Shown piece by piece: positions 29,120 to 38,017 of a DNA stretch of 64,000 nucleotides (position 1 is its first letter; the number at the start of each line of letters is the position of its first letter). The notes beneath the pieces were generated by a model that saw nothing but the letters and a program-made list of their open reading frames with translations, was not told the origin of the DNA and did no database searches. The position numbers and the translations under genes were made by a program. The DNA lies in assembly GCA_963761335.1 (NCBI GenBank), contig CAVXGR010000013.1:192001-256000 (forward strand), read 5' to 3'. This stretch comes from an uncultured delta proteobacterium. Its GTDB lineage: Bacteria; Desulfobacterota; Binatia; HRBIN30; BPIQ01.

Positions 29120-30424
29120 TCAGAGCCGCGGCGCTCGCCGGCCGAGATCGAGCATCTCGCTGCGCAGCATCATGTAGAATTCCCGGGCGTATTTCACCTG
29201 GTGAACCGACACGGTGTCGGTGAAGTGCAGCTGGTCCCAGTCGATCTCGCCGTCCAGGCGGAGCTGCAGTCCGCTGGCCGGATAGGTGTAGCGCATGTCG
29301 TAGCGAGGCGGCTCTCCCCACTGAAAGACGTCGCCCTCGGGGCGCGAGAAATCGAAGTAGAAGTGCTCCTCCTGAGGGCCGAGCAGGACGTAGGCGATCA
29401 CCTGTCCGCGCACCGCGGGAAGCTGCTCCCGAGTCTCCCGCCACAGGCCGAGGATGTAGTCCCGAAAGCGCTCGACCAGATCGGTCCGCGGCGGCGGCAG
29501 CTCGCGCTGTAGTCCGACCACCCAGTCCTGGACGCCCCTGGCGTACGCGTCAATGGCGGCGAGCTCCTCCTCTTTGTCGAGCACCGGGCACACCCGCCGC
29601 ATCGAGCCGGCCGCCTCGATGCGGTCTCCCGGACCCATCAGCTCTCCGGCGATCCCCTTCTCCCGCAGCCGGCGAACCGCCTCTACGGCCGAGTTGAAGG
29701 AGACGTTCTTCCACAGCGCCGATTCCAGAAAGAAGCGGGCGCCGCTGGCAAAGGGAATCGCCAGCCGCGGCGCCAGGATCTCGGCCGCCTGCAGGAAGTC
29801 GTTGTAGCGCCGCTCCGAGGCCTCGTGCAGCAGCCGCGCCTTCTCCTCCTCATCCATCTCGAAGCAGATCGGGAAGAAGGACGCCGGCGAGTAGCCGAGC
29901 AGGGCGTAGTCGATGTCGAAGTGATCGCGTACCCAGGCGTATTTCGGCGGCCGCAGGAAGCAGTCGTTGTTCTCGAACAGGGCGAACTCGGGAGTGCGGA
30001 TGACGATCGAGGAGTCGTAGGCAGCGCTCTCCTCGTAGTCGTGCTCGACGATGGCGATCTCGATGTCGGTGCCTTCGACGGCCACGGTCTCCTCGAAGGG
30101 CACCTCGATCACCGGAAACCCGAGGCGGCGCACCGCGTCGCGGAACTCCTTGCGGCGATACTCGCCGATGTAGATCGGCGTATGCCGGGGGAAGAGCTCC
30201 AGCGTCGGCGGATTGAAGTGGTCCGGATGGATGTGAGAGATGTAGATGGCGTCGGTCGTCGCCGCCAGCTGCGCGGCGTCGTGAACCAGCGGCGGGAAGT
30301 GGAAGCCGCTGCTGCAGCCGATCGGATCGATCAGCCACGGGTCGGTGAGAATGGTCCGCCCACCGCTCTGCACGCGCAGGGTGGCATGACCGACGACCTC
30401 GACCCGAAAGTTTTCGCGGAGCAT
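29120..30424 (-). CDS. MBL-fold metalloenzyme, NamH/CMAH-like (no Rieske domain)
   Basis: VGHA..ILTDPW, YISHIHPDHF, DSSIVI, NNDC, IPFAS; coupled to the desaturase (2-nt gap). Confidence 0.75.
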   Translation of the reverse strand: MLRENFRVEVVGHATLRVQSGGRTILTDPWLIDPIGCSSGFHFPPLVHDAAQLAATTDAIYISHIHPDHFNPPTLELFPRHTPIYIGEYRRKEFRDAVRRLGFPVIEVPFEETVAVEGTDIEIAIVEHDYEESAAYDSSIVIRTPEFALFENNDCFLRPPKYAWVRDHFDIDYALLGYSPASFFPICFEMDEEEKARLLHEASERRYNDFLQAAEILAPRLAIPFASGARFFLESALWKNVSFNSAVEAVRRLREKGIAGELMGPGDRIEAAGSMRRVCPVLDKEEELAAIDAYARGVQDWVVGLQRELPPPRTDLVERFRDYILGLWRETREQLPAVRGQVIAYVLLGPQEEHFYFDFSRPEGDVFQWGEPPRYDMRYTYPASGLQLRLDGEIDWDQLHFTDTVSVHQVKYAREFYMMLRSEMLDLGRRAPRL

Positions 30425-30605
30425 TACCGGACACCCCCGCCGAAGCTCGCGAGCGCTCCCCACAGCGCTCGCCACCAGCAGGTTTGGAATATGTACAACG
30501 CGGCCGAAGGATTAGGCAAGGGCAGATGCGCCGCGGGGCGCCGCGGCGGGCCAGAACCTCGTCCGCTCAGTGGCCTTCGCCGCAGTGGAGCGATATAGCT
30601 TCGGC

Positions 30606-31403
30606 ATGTCCGCGGCTCGCTTCTTCGCTGCCGATCTCTTGAAGGATGCGGTGGTGCTGGTCACCGGCGGCGGCACCGGCATCGGCAAGGCCACGGCGAT
30701 CGCGCTGGGCGGCTGCGGGGCGCACCTGGTGATCGCCAGCCGTCGCCGCGAGCACCTCGAGCAGGGGGCCGCCGAGATCGCCGCGGCGACCGGCGCGGTG
30801 CCGCTGACCCAGGTCTGCGACATCCGCCAGCCCGACCAGGTCGAGCAGCTCGCCGACTTCGTGGTCGCCGAGCGCGGCCACATCGACGTGCTGGTGAACA
30901 ACGCCGGCGGACAGTTTCCGCAGCGCGCCGAGCTGTACTCGGTAAACGGCTGGCGAGCGGTGATCGACACCAACCTGAACGGCACCTGGTACGTCACCCA
31001 GGCGATCGGCAAGCGCATGATCGCCGCCGGCAGCGGCACCGTGGTCAACGTCATCGCCAACCACCACCGCGGCATCCCCGGCGGCGCCCACACCTCGGCG
31101 GCGCGCGCCGCCGTCGCCAATCTCACCAAGACCCTGGCGGTCGAGTGGGGGCCGTACGGCATTCGCATAAACGCCGTGGCCCCGGGCCCGATCGCCTCGT
31201 CGGGATTCACGCAGACGTACGACGCCGAGGTCGTCGAGCGCGCCCGCGACCTGCCGCTCGGCCGACTCGGCTCGGCGGAAGAAGTGGCCGCGGCCGTGGT
31301 CTTCCTCGCCTCACCGGCCTCAGCCTGGACCACCGGCGCCACCCTCGACGTGAACGGCGGCCAGCACCTCGACGGCGACACCTGGGTCGTCCGCAAGGGG
31401 TGA
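30606..31403 (+). CDS. SDR oxidoreductase (2,4-dienoyl/trans-2-enoyl-CoA reductase-like)
   Basis: TGGGTGIG, NNAGGQF, HTSAARA, RINAVAPGPI. Confidence 0.9.
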   Translation: MSAARFFAADLLKDAVVLVTGGGTGIGKATAIALGGCGAHLVIASRRREHLEQGAAEIAAATGAVPLTQVCDIRQPDQVEQLADFVVAERGHIDVLVNNAGGQFPQRAELYSVNGWRAVIDTNLNGTWYVTQAIGKRMIAAGSGTVVNVIANHHRGIPGGAHTSAARAAVANLTKTLAVEWGPYGIRINAVAPGPIASSGFTQTYDAEVVERARDLPLGRLGSAEEVAAAVVFLASPASAWTTGATLDVNGGQHLDGDTWVVRKG

Positions 31404-31416
31404 ATCGCTCTGCGGT

Positions 31417-32559
31417 TCACTCCATCGCCGCGGAGATCGAGCGATGGAAGTGGGCGAGTCCGGGCTCGTTGCGGCCGTAGATCACCGTCTCGGCGCCGCC
31501 GGCGTGAAAGCCGCGCTGGATCTGCTCGGCGATGACGAAGTCCTCTCTCTCCACGGCATTCACCAGCAGGTCGAAGTTCGCCTGGAAGTGCCGGCGGGCG
31601 CTGTGACTGGCCACCGGCTCCGGGGTGTACAGCGAGAAGACGATCTTGGCGGTGTCGACTCCGCCCGACCCCGGATAGGCCTGCACCACCTCGACGTGAT
31701 CCACCTGGTGGATGAGCATGGTGTTGGGAAAGATGTTGTACAGCACCACCGAGTGCTCGAACAGGTTCCACTCCGACTCCGGCTGTTCGCACGCCTGCGC
31801 AATCGAGCGCCGCGAGGCGACCATGCGGCTGCCGCGCCCGAAGGCGTCCCAGGCGGCCGCCGTTCCCAGGATCGCCGGGCTCAGCGTGCGCTTGTGCAGG
31901 CTCGGAACGTGGTAGGCCTCGAGAAAGGTGTCGATGACCAGCTTCCAGTTCATCGCCCGGGCGCTCTGGTGACGCGCGAAGGGCGCGTAGCCCTCGAGCC
32001 CAAGCGCCTGCAACTCCTCCTCGGCCCCGCCGAGGTGCGCGTCGACGTCGATCGGCTCACTGCCCGCGGCGCGCGCGAAGATCAGCCCGTGGCGCTCCGC
32101 CACCGGCAGCGGCATGAGCCCCAGAGACTCGGCGGGGATGCCCGCGAAACCCTCGGCGCAGGGTTGCGCCACCAGCCGTCCGGCGTCGTCGTAGGTCCAT
32201 CCGTGATAGGGACAGGTGAAACGCCCGGAGCTGCTGCCGGCGCCCGATACCACCTGGGCGCCGCGGTGCCGGCAGACGGCGAGAAAGGCGCGCAGATCTC
32301 CGGCCCGCGAACGGACCACGAGGATCGGCACGCCGCTGTCGGTGTGGGTGAAGTACGCGCCCGGCTCGGCGGCGTCGCCGCGCAGCCCGATGAACAGCGG
32401 CGCGCCCCGGAAGAGCACGGCGCGCTCGCGCTCCAGCTGCTCCGGCGAAGTGTAGGCAGACACCCGATTGAGATACGGCTCCGGCGCCATCTCGGTGGTG
32501 CGCCGATCGAGAAACCCGAGAATGCGCCGCATCAGGGCCACCTGAGTGGCGTGATTCAT
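31417..32559 (-). CDS. Rieske non-heme iron oxygenase alpha subunit
   Basis: CRHRG..CPYHGW Rieske ligands; NWK..FLEAYH..LH and EREDF mononuclear iron site. Confidence 0.92.
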   Translation of the reverse strand: MNHATQVALMRRILGFLDRRTTEMAPEPYLNRVSAYTSPEQLERERAVLFRGAPLFIGLRGDAAEPGAYFTHTDSGVPILVVRSRAGDLRAFLAVCRHRGAQVVSGAGSSSGRFTCPYHGWTYDDAGRLVAQPCAEGFAGIPAESLGLMPLPVAERHGLIFARAAGSEPIDVDAHLGGAEEELQALGLEGYAPFARHQSARAMNWKLVIDTFLEAYHVPSLHKRTLSPAILGTAAAWDAFGRGSRMVASRRSIAQACEQPESEWNLFEHSVVLYNIFPNTMLIHQVDHVEVVQAYPGSGGVDTAKIVFSLYTPEPVASHSARRHFQANFDLLVNAVEREDFVIAEQIQRGFHAGGAETVIYGRNEPGLAHFHRSISAAME

Positions 32560-32614
32560 GGCGCCCTAGGCTGTAGCGGCAGCCCCCTCCCCGGTCAACC
32601 GGCGGCTACCGCAC

Positions 32615-32735
32615 GTGTCTCGGTGGCTCGGTGGCCCGGTGGCTCAGTGTCTCGGTGGCTCAGTTTATCCGATTTGATTGCCACTGAGAGACTTAGTCAC
32701 CGAGATACTGAGAGACTGAGTCACTGAGATACCGA
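32615..32735. repeat. Inverted array of 8-nt repeats (GTGGCTCR x6 / NNACTGAG x6)
   Basis: Six octamers at 32615-32662 and six complementary octamers at 32681-32728; the right arm supplies the stop codon at 32721. Confidence 0.85.
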
Positions 32736-35243
32736 ACCCAGCTGCTCGTACTGCTGCGCCTGGGCTTGCAGATCTGCCGCAAGGGCAGTCTGGCCGCGCC
32801 CGGCGGCGGCGTCGCGGCCTTGGCGCGCCATCCTCGCGGCCTCCTCGAAGCGCCCGGCGGCGGCACAGGCCGCCGCCAGGGTGCGCAGGCGCACCGGATC
32901 GGCGTAGCCGGTCAGCTCGCAGGCGCGCTGTGCCCAGCGCATCGCCTCCTCCGCCTTCTGCGGCGAGAGCTCGTGCAACGACAGCAGGGTGCGGGCGGTG
33001 GCTTCAAAGAGATCGGGCTCGGTGGTGACCTGCCGCGCCGCCAACCGCAGGACCGCGACCGCAGCGCCGCTGCGCCCATCGGCAGCGAGCTCGCGGGCGC
33101 GATCGATGGCGGTGCGCGCCTGCACCGCGGCGCGCCGGCGCGCGCCTTCCCGCGCCGAGGCGAACTCGGCACAGCTTGCGGCTCGCTGCCGCGCTTCCGG
33201 CATCGCCGGTTTCCAGCCCGCCTTCGCCGGCGCCGCGGCGTACACCTCAGAGATTCTCGCCGCTCCCGTGAAGGTGTACAGCGTCGCCGCCGGCCAGCGA
33301 CGACACACGCCGGCGGAAACCTCCGACAGCTGCTCGTGCGCCGGACTCCAGAACACCGCACCCGGCGGCGCCGCACTCGCCGGCAGGCTACCCGGTCCTT
33401 CGTAGGCGAGCACCGGGACCGGCGCCGCGCCCAGATGAGCAGCGATCTGCCGAGTGTACAGCCACATGAAGGACCGCTTGGGAATGCTCGGCTCGAGAAT
33501 CAGCGCTCCCCCCGGAGGCGGCCGCCTCTGCATCGCCTCGAAGGCAATGTCGAGCCATGAGGCCGGCAGAGTCCGCAAGTTGACCACCTCGAAGAGAAGG
33601 GTCCCGCCCGCCGCAATTGCCGCCACGGCGAGCCCGGCGGCGAGGCCGCGGCGAAGCGGGTAGGCGAGGGCGGCGAGGATCTCGAACCCGGTGGCAGCGA
33701 GCAGCGCCATGGCCACCGGCAGCTGCGCCAGGCGATTGAGGGAGGTGCGGTCGTAGGTCGAGGTGAGAAGAGCCGGCCCGAGCGCCACGCCCAGAAAGAG
33801 GATGAGGGCCCGGGCGCGATTCGACCCCCGCAGCCCCCGCAGGCAACCGGCCACGGCGACGGCAGCGAGCACCAGGCCGAGCGGATCGAAGAGAGCGTCG
33901 CCCTGCAGCCGCGACGGCGTGCGCGGGATCGCAAAGGGCGCCAGCAGAGCGCCAAGCGGGACATCGAGCCGACCGAGGCGGAAGAACTCGTTGGTGATCT
34001 CGGAAACGAGATGGGTGACCTGCCCGAGCATGGCCGCCTCGATCATCGTCCACTGCCACGCCGGCTGCGCATACCGAAAGATCATCCCGGGAAGGTCCGC
34101 GGCGCGCCCGAGGGCGGGGAGAACCACGGCCAGAAACGACAGCGCCGCGATGGCCAGCGCCAGTGGCGGCAGCCGCGGGCGCCGGAGCGCCGTCCAGGCA
34201 CACAGAGGTAGGGCGAGGACGGCGACCGGGACCTGGAAAAACTCCGTGCAGGCGATGCCTGCGGTGACCCCCAACACGGCGAGCGCCGGCACGGATCGGT
34301 CGCGGTGCACGGCGAGCAACGGCACCAGGACGATGGCGGTGAACAGCGGTCCCACACAGTAGGGAATCGGAGCCAGCGGCATCATCAGTACTGCCGGCGC
34401 GAAGAGAAAGGCGGCGGCGGCGAGGGGAGCGGCGCGGCCACTGCCGAGAAGCGCCCGCGCCAACCAGGCGATCAGGGCCGCGGAGAGGCCGACCCAACCG
34501 ATCTCCAAGGCCTGAATCCACGAGACTTCGATCGGCAACCCGTGCGTGCCGAGAATCCCGCCGCCGACGGTGATCAAATGGAGCGCCGTCAGCCCTGGGA
34601 GAAATCCGTCTGTCAGAATGTTGAATCCGGGACGCGCCGCCCACTCCAGATACGGGATGGCCACCCAGGTATCGACGAGATCGGCGGAACGGGGCGCGTG
34701 CAGTCCGTGCAGGTAGCGGAACACCCCCCAGGCGCAGATGATCGCCGCCGTGGCGGCGATGCTGGCGCGGCCGCCCGTCGCGGGACGCTCGTCCGGCGAG
34801 CGGCGGCTGCCGAGGGTGAGGACGAGGGCAGGGAGGGCGAGGCAGGCGACGTAGGCGAGCTGCCCGTGCCGGTCGAGATCCGCCGCCCACCAGGCGGCCA
34901 GCGCCTGCGCCGCGGCCAGCAACAGAGCCAGCAGCTGCACCGGCATGGCCACGCGGCGCCGAGACGCCGCGGGGGCCGAGGGCAGGTCGCCGGTGACGCA
35001 CACCGACAGAGCAATGAGGACCATCCCGGCCCCGAGACATGCCAGCCGGGCAATGATCCACCAGGCGGGCAACGCTGGAAACAAGCGAGCCATCAGACTC
35101 GCATCGAGCGCCGGCGGGCGCAGCGGCGCCGCCGGCGGTGGAAAGAGCAACGACCCCGCGTAGACGGTCAAGAAGGCCATCCCCGCGGCCAGCAGTAGAT
35201 GGGGTGCGCGGCCGGGCGCTTCTGCGAGATTTCCAGGCGGCAT
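32721..35243 (-). CDS. Multi-pass membrane protein, putative GT-C glycosyltransferase, with C-terminal TPR
   Basis: Many TM helices; loop motif DLVDTW; conserved PFAIPR..GD.LFDPL, YDRTSL, FWSP..CRRWP; TPR-like tail RTLAAACAAAGRFEEA; paralogue of 39226 and 43862. Confidence 0.7.
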   Translation of the reverse strand: MPPGNLAEAPGRAPHLLLAAGMAFLTVYAGSLLFPPPAAPLRPPALDASLMARLFPALPAWWIIARLACLGAGMVLIALSVCVTGDLPSAPAASRRRVAMPVQLLALLLAAAQALAAWWAADLDRHGQLAYVACLALPALVLTLGSRRSPDERPATGGRASIAATAAIICAWGVFRYLHGLHAPRSADLVDTWVAIPYLEWAARPGFNILTDGFLPGLTALHLITVGGGILGTHGLPIEVSWIQALEIGWVGLSAALIAWLARALLGSGRAAPLAAAAFLFAPAVLMMPLAPIPYCVGPLFTAIVLVPLLAVHRDRSVPALAVLGVTAGIACTEFFQVPVAVLALPLCAWTALRRPRLPPLALAIAALSFLAVVLPALGRAADLPGMIFRYAQPAWQWTMIEAAMLGQVTHLVSEITNEFFRLGRLDVPLGALLAPFAIPRTPSRLQGDALFDPLGLVLAAVAVAGCLRGLRGSNRARALILFLGVALGPALLTSTYDRTSLNRLAQLPVAMALLAATGFEILAALAYPLRRGLAAGLAVAAIAAGGTLLFEVVNLRTLPASWLDIAFEAMQRRPPPGGALILEPSIPKRSFMWLYTRQIAAHLGAAPVPVLAYEGPGSLPASAAPPGAVFWSPAHEQLSEVSAGVCRRWPAATLYTFTGAARISEVYAAAPAKAGWKPAMPEARQRAASCAEFASAREGARRRAAVQARTAIDRARELAADGRSGAAVAVLRLAARQVTTEPDLFEATARTLLSLHELSPQKAEEAMRWAQRACELTGYADPVRLRTLAAACAAAGRFEEAARMARQGRDAAAGRGQTALAADLQAQAQQYEQLGSVSQ

Positions 35244-35355
35244 CTGCGGCTCTCCTTCTAACCCGCCCGCGGCAGGCGAGGAAGGGAAGCGGCCGCCCCG
35301 GCGGCGGGGAAGGTTCCCCTTCCGCCACACTTTGCCGCGTTGTATACCCGAACCG

Positions 35356-36399
35356 ATGCACATTCGCGTCGCCCGCGAGCAGGGCGGTCGTCTGGAAGAG
35401 GCGTTGGCGACGCTTGTTCCCCTCGAGCCGTACCTCGCCTACGCCAACTTCCCGGCGATCTGCCGCCGGGAGGGTGGCCTTCTCGGCCTGCATATGCGCC
35501 GCTGGCGCGCCGCCGCCGGGGGCCTCGGCGTCCTGGTGGCCCGCGGCGACGACGGACGGCCGCTGGCCGCTCTCTCTCTGGAGCACCGCGATTTCGAGTC
35601 GCGCCATTTCGGCCTGTCGATGGCGAAGACCGAGCCGCCGGCGGCAATTGCCGACGAGCCTTTGCGCCTCGAGGCGCTGCGCGCCCTCTACGGCGCCGCC
35701 TTCGCGACTCTGCGCGAAGGCGGCTACCAGCATCTCGCCGTGGTCACCTCGACCCACGACCGCGTCGGCTGCTGGGCGCTGCAGGAGCTCGGCGGCTTCC
35801 ACGTGGGGACGAAGATCTCGTGGATGCAGAGCCTGACCGGCTGTCCCAACCAGAGCCGGCCGGCAGCGCCGCTGCGCATCGAGCTCCACGACAAGGCGAC
35901 CATCGGCGCTATCGACCCCGCCAGCTGGAGTCGGCTGCACGAGTGGAGCGGCCAGGCCTTCGATCGAGGTCCATACGTCTTCGATCTCCACGTGCCCCGC
36001 GAGCGGGCCGTCGCCGTGTACCAGGTGTGGACCCGCAAGGCGCTGACCGGCGAGTGGGCCGACATCCTTCTCGTGGTGCGCGACGGCGACGAGATCGTCG
36101 CCTTCAACTCGATGATGCTGCTGCAGGACCTCACCGACGCCGCCGGCGTCGGCATCCTCGGGCGCGGCATCGGCGCCTCGCTTCCCGGCTATCGCGGCCT
36201 GTTCACAGCGCTGCAGAGGGAATGCTCGGCGGTGCGCCCGCTCGGCGCCGGATACCTCGAGAACGAGACGCAGGCGTCGACGGTGCAGAGTATCAACGTC
36301 TTCGGCAACCTCGGCCACCACTGCCTGCGCTCCACGGCGAGCTTCCATGTCCGCCTCGACAAGGGCGCCGATTCGCCTGGGAGCGCCAAATGCAGATGA
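35356..36399 (+). CDS. Tandem GNAT acyltransferase (WecD/dTDP-fucosamine acetyltransferase-like)
   Basis: FESRHFG, WALQELGGF, YQVW, GYRGLF..ETQAS; ATGA overlap with the downstream desaturase. Confidence 0.6.
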   Translation: MHIRVAREQGGRLEEALATLVPLEPYLAYANFPAICRREGGLLGLHMRRWRAAAGGLGVLVARGDDGRPLAALSLEHRDFESRHFGLSMAKTEPPAAIADEPLRLEALRALYGAAFATLREGGYQHLAVVTSTHDRVGCWALQELGGFHVGTKISWMQSLTGCPNQSRPAAPLRIELHDKATIGAIDPASWSRLHEWSGQAFDRGPYVFDLHVPRERAVAVYQVWTRKALTGEWADILLVVRDGDEIVAFNSMMLLQDLTDAAGVGILGRGIGASLPGYRGLFTALQRECSAVRPLGAGYLENETQASTVQSINVFGNLGHHCLRSTASFHVRLDKGADSPGSAKCR

Positions 36400-37208
36400 G
36401 CGGAATCCTCGAGCCGAGCCTCGGCGCCTACCTGAGCTACTACCTGGGCTTCTGCCTCCGCTACTTCGCGGTGATGGGGGGCATCTACTGGTACTTCCAC
36501 CTGGCCCGCAGGCAGAAGTACCTTGACCGCCGGATTCAGGACGACTTCCCCTCGGCAACCGAGGTGGGCCACGAGATCCGCTGGTCGATGCTCAGCGGCG
36601 CCACCACCGGGCTCTCAACCATTCTGCTCTACCGCCTCATTCTCGACGGTCATACCAGCATGTACTTCGACGTCGGCGAGCGCGGCTGGCTCTACCTGGC
36701 GGCGTCGGTGCTCGCCGGCCTCGTCAGCTACGACACCTGCAACTACTGGCAACACCGCCTGCTGCACACGGCGTGGATGTTCCGGCACATCCACGCCGTG
36801 CATCACCGGATCGAGAACCCCACGGTGTTCGCCTCCTTCGCCCGCCACCCCATCGAGGCGATGATGGAGCACGCCTACTTCATCTCCTTCGTGGTTCTGG
36901 TGCCGGTGCACCCTTTGGCGATGGCAGCGATCGTCGCTTACTTTTTCGCATTCGGCGTCATCGGGCACCTGGGATACGAGTTCTACCCGCGCGGCTTCAC
37001 TCGCCACCCGATTCTCGGCTGGATCAACACGGCGACGCACCACAACATGCACCACAGTCACACGGACTGTAACTACGGCTGGTTCAATCTGTGGGACTGG
37101 CTGATGGGCACCAATCACCCGACCTACCACGACACCTTCGACGCCATCAAAGCGCGCCGTAGCGCGCCCGGCGCCGCAGCGGTCACTGCGACATCACAAG
37201 CGGCCTGA
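36396..37208 (+). CDS. Sterol desaturase / fatty-acid hydroxylase family enzyme (paralogue of 28278..29117)
   Basis: YWQHRLLH, HAVHH, IGH, HHNMHH; YEFYPRGFTRHP shared with the paralogue. Confidence 0.92.
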   Translation: MSGILEPSLGAYLSYYLGFCLRYFAVMGGIYWYFHLARRQKYLDRRIQDDFPSATEVGHEIRWSMLSGATTGLSTILLYRLILDGHTSMYFDVGERGWLYLAASVLAGLVSYDTCNYWQHRLLHTAWMFRHIHAVHHRIENPTVFASFARHPIEAMMEHAYFISFVVLVPVHPLAMAAIVAYFFAFGVIGHLGYEFYPRGFTRHPILGWINTATHHNMHHSHTDCNYGWFNLWDWLMGTNHPTYHDTFDAIKARRSAPGAAAVTATSQAA

Positions 37209-37244
37209 TCGCCGCAATCTCGCTGGCCGCTCTCGCCTTCGCGG

Positions 37245-37532
37245 CTATCCCCTACCCCGCGCCCAGGCCTGCAGCTCGCGTATGCGGAGATATCCGCCGG
37301 CGCCCTCGACGATGCCTTCGGCGCGGGCGTCGTGGATGCAGTCCACCGGACAGAGCGGCACGCAGAAGCCGCAGTCGATGCACTCCTCCAGGACGATCGC
37401 CAGGCGGCCGAGGAAGTCGCCGGGGACCGGGTAGATGGCGTCGACCTTGCCCGGACAGGCGCTCTCGCAGGCGCCGCAACCGATGCATGTCGCATCGATG
37501 TAGAAATGCCCCGGCCGCCGCGCCACGTTCAC
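37245..37532 (-). CDS. 2[4Fe-4S] ferredoxin
   Basis: CIGCGACESACP and CIDCGFCVPLCP; GTGA overlap with the upstream gene. Confidence 0.92.
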   Translation of the reverse strand: MNVARRPGHFYIDATCIGCGACESACPGKVDAIYPVPGDFLGRLAIVLEECIDCGFCVPLCPVDCIHDARAEGIVEGAGGYLRIRELQAWARGRG

Positions 37533-38017
37533 TCCGCAAAGCTCGTGCGGAAGGTCGCGGAGGCGTTCACAAACTCCTGCAGGCTCTGGTTGTAGCGGAA
37601 GTACAGGTCGCGGCGCAGGGGATCGTCGCCGCGCAGGGCGATCGGGTGGCCCATGTGCGTCAGCCGGTTGAGCGTGTGCTCCAAGTCCGGACGCCCGCCG
37701 CCTTCGGCGATGCTCTCGATCATCTCGCGCCAGGTGGCAAGCGACGCCTCGAGAACGAAATCCGCCCGCTCCGCGTCGTCGGGGCCGACCTCGCAAACGT
37801 CCCGCGCCGCGAACTCCTCGAAGGTGACCTGCACGCTCCAAGGCCGCATACCGGAGACAGCGTCGATGACGGTGAACTGCGCCACACAGTCGACGTAGCC
37901 GAGCTGCTCCTGCCGGGCGCGGTTGGTGTTCATGCAGTCCGCCAAGCGGTGAAACCACTCCGCCGACGGAAACGGCACCAGCGTCGTGCCCTCGGGCGAC
38001 ACGCCGGTGCCGCTCAC
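37529..38017 (-). CDS. Hypothetical protein, SCP2 sterol-carrier-like
   Basis: FPSAEWF..ADFVLEASLATWREMI resembles the SCP2 fold; translationally coupled on both sides (GTGA). Confidence 0.6.
   Translation of the reverse strand: MSGTGVSPEGTTLVPFPSAEWFHRLADCMNTNRARQEQLGYVDCVAQFTVIDAVSGMRPWSVQVTFEEFAARDVCEVGPDDAERADFVLEASLATWREMIESIAEGGGRPDLEHTLNRLTHMGHPIALRGDDPLRRDLYFRYNQSLQEFVNASATFRTSFAE

Noticed and set aside
32615..32735. Possible CRISPR array in the short-repeat regions
   Set aside because: Units are 7-8 nt with no unique spacers, and there are no cas genes.
33388..36558. 1056-aa minus-strand ORF
   Set aside because: Arg/Pro/Gly-rich shadow frame overlapping better-supported genes; typical of high-GC DNA.
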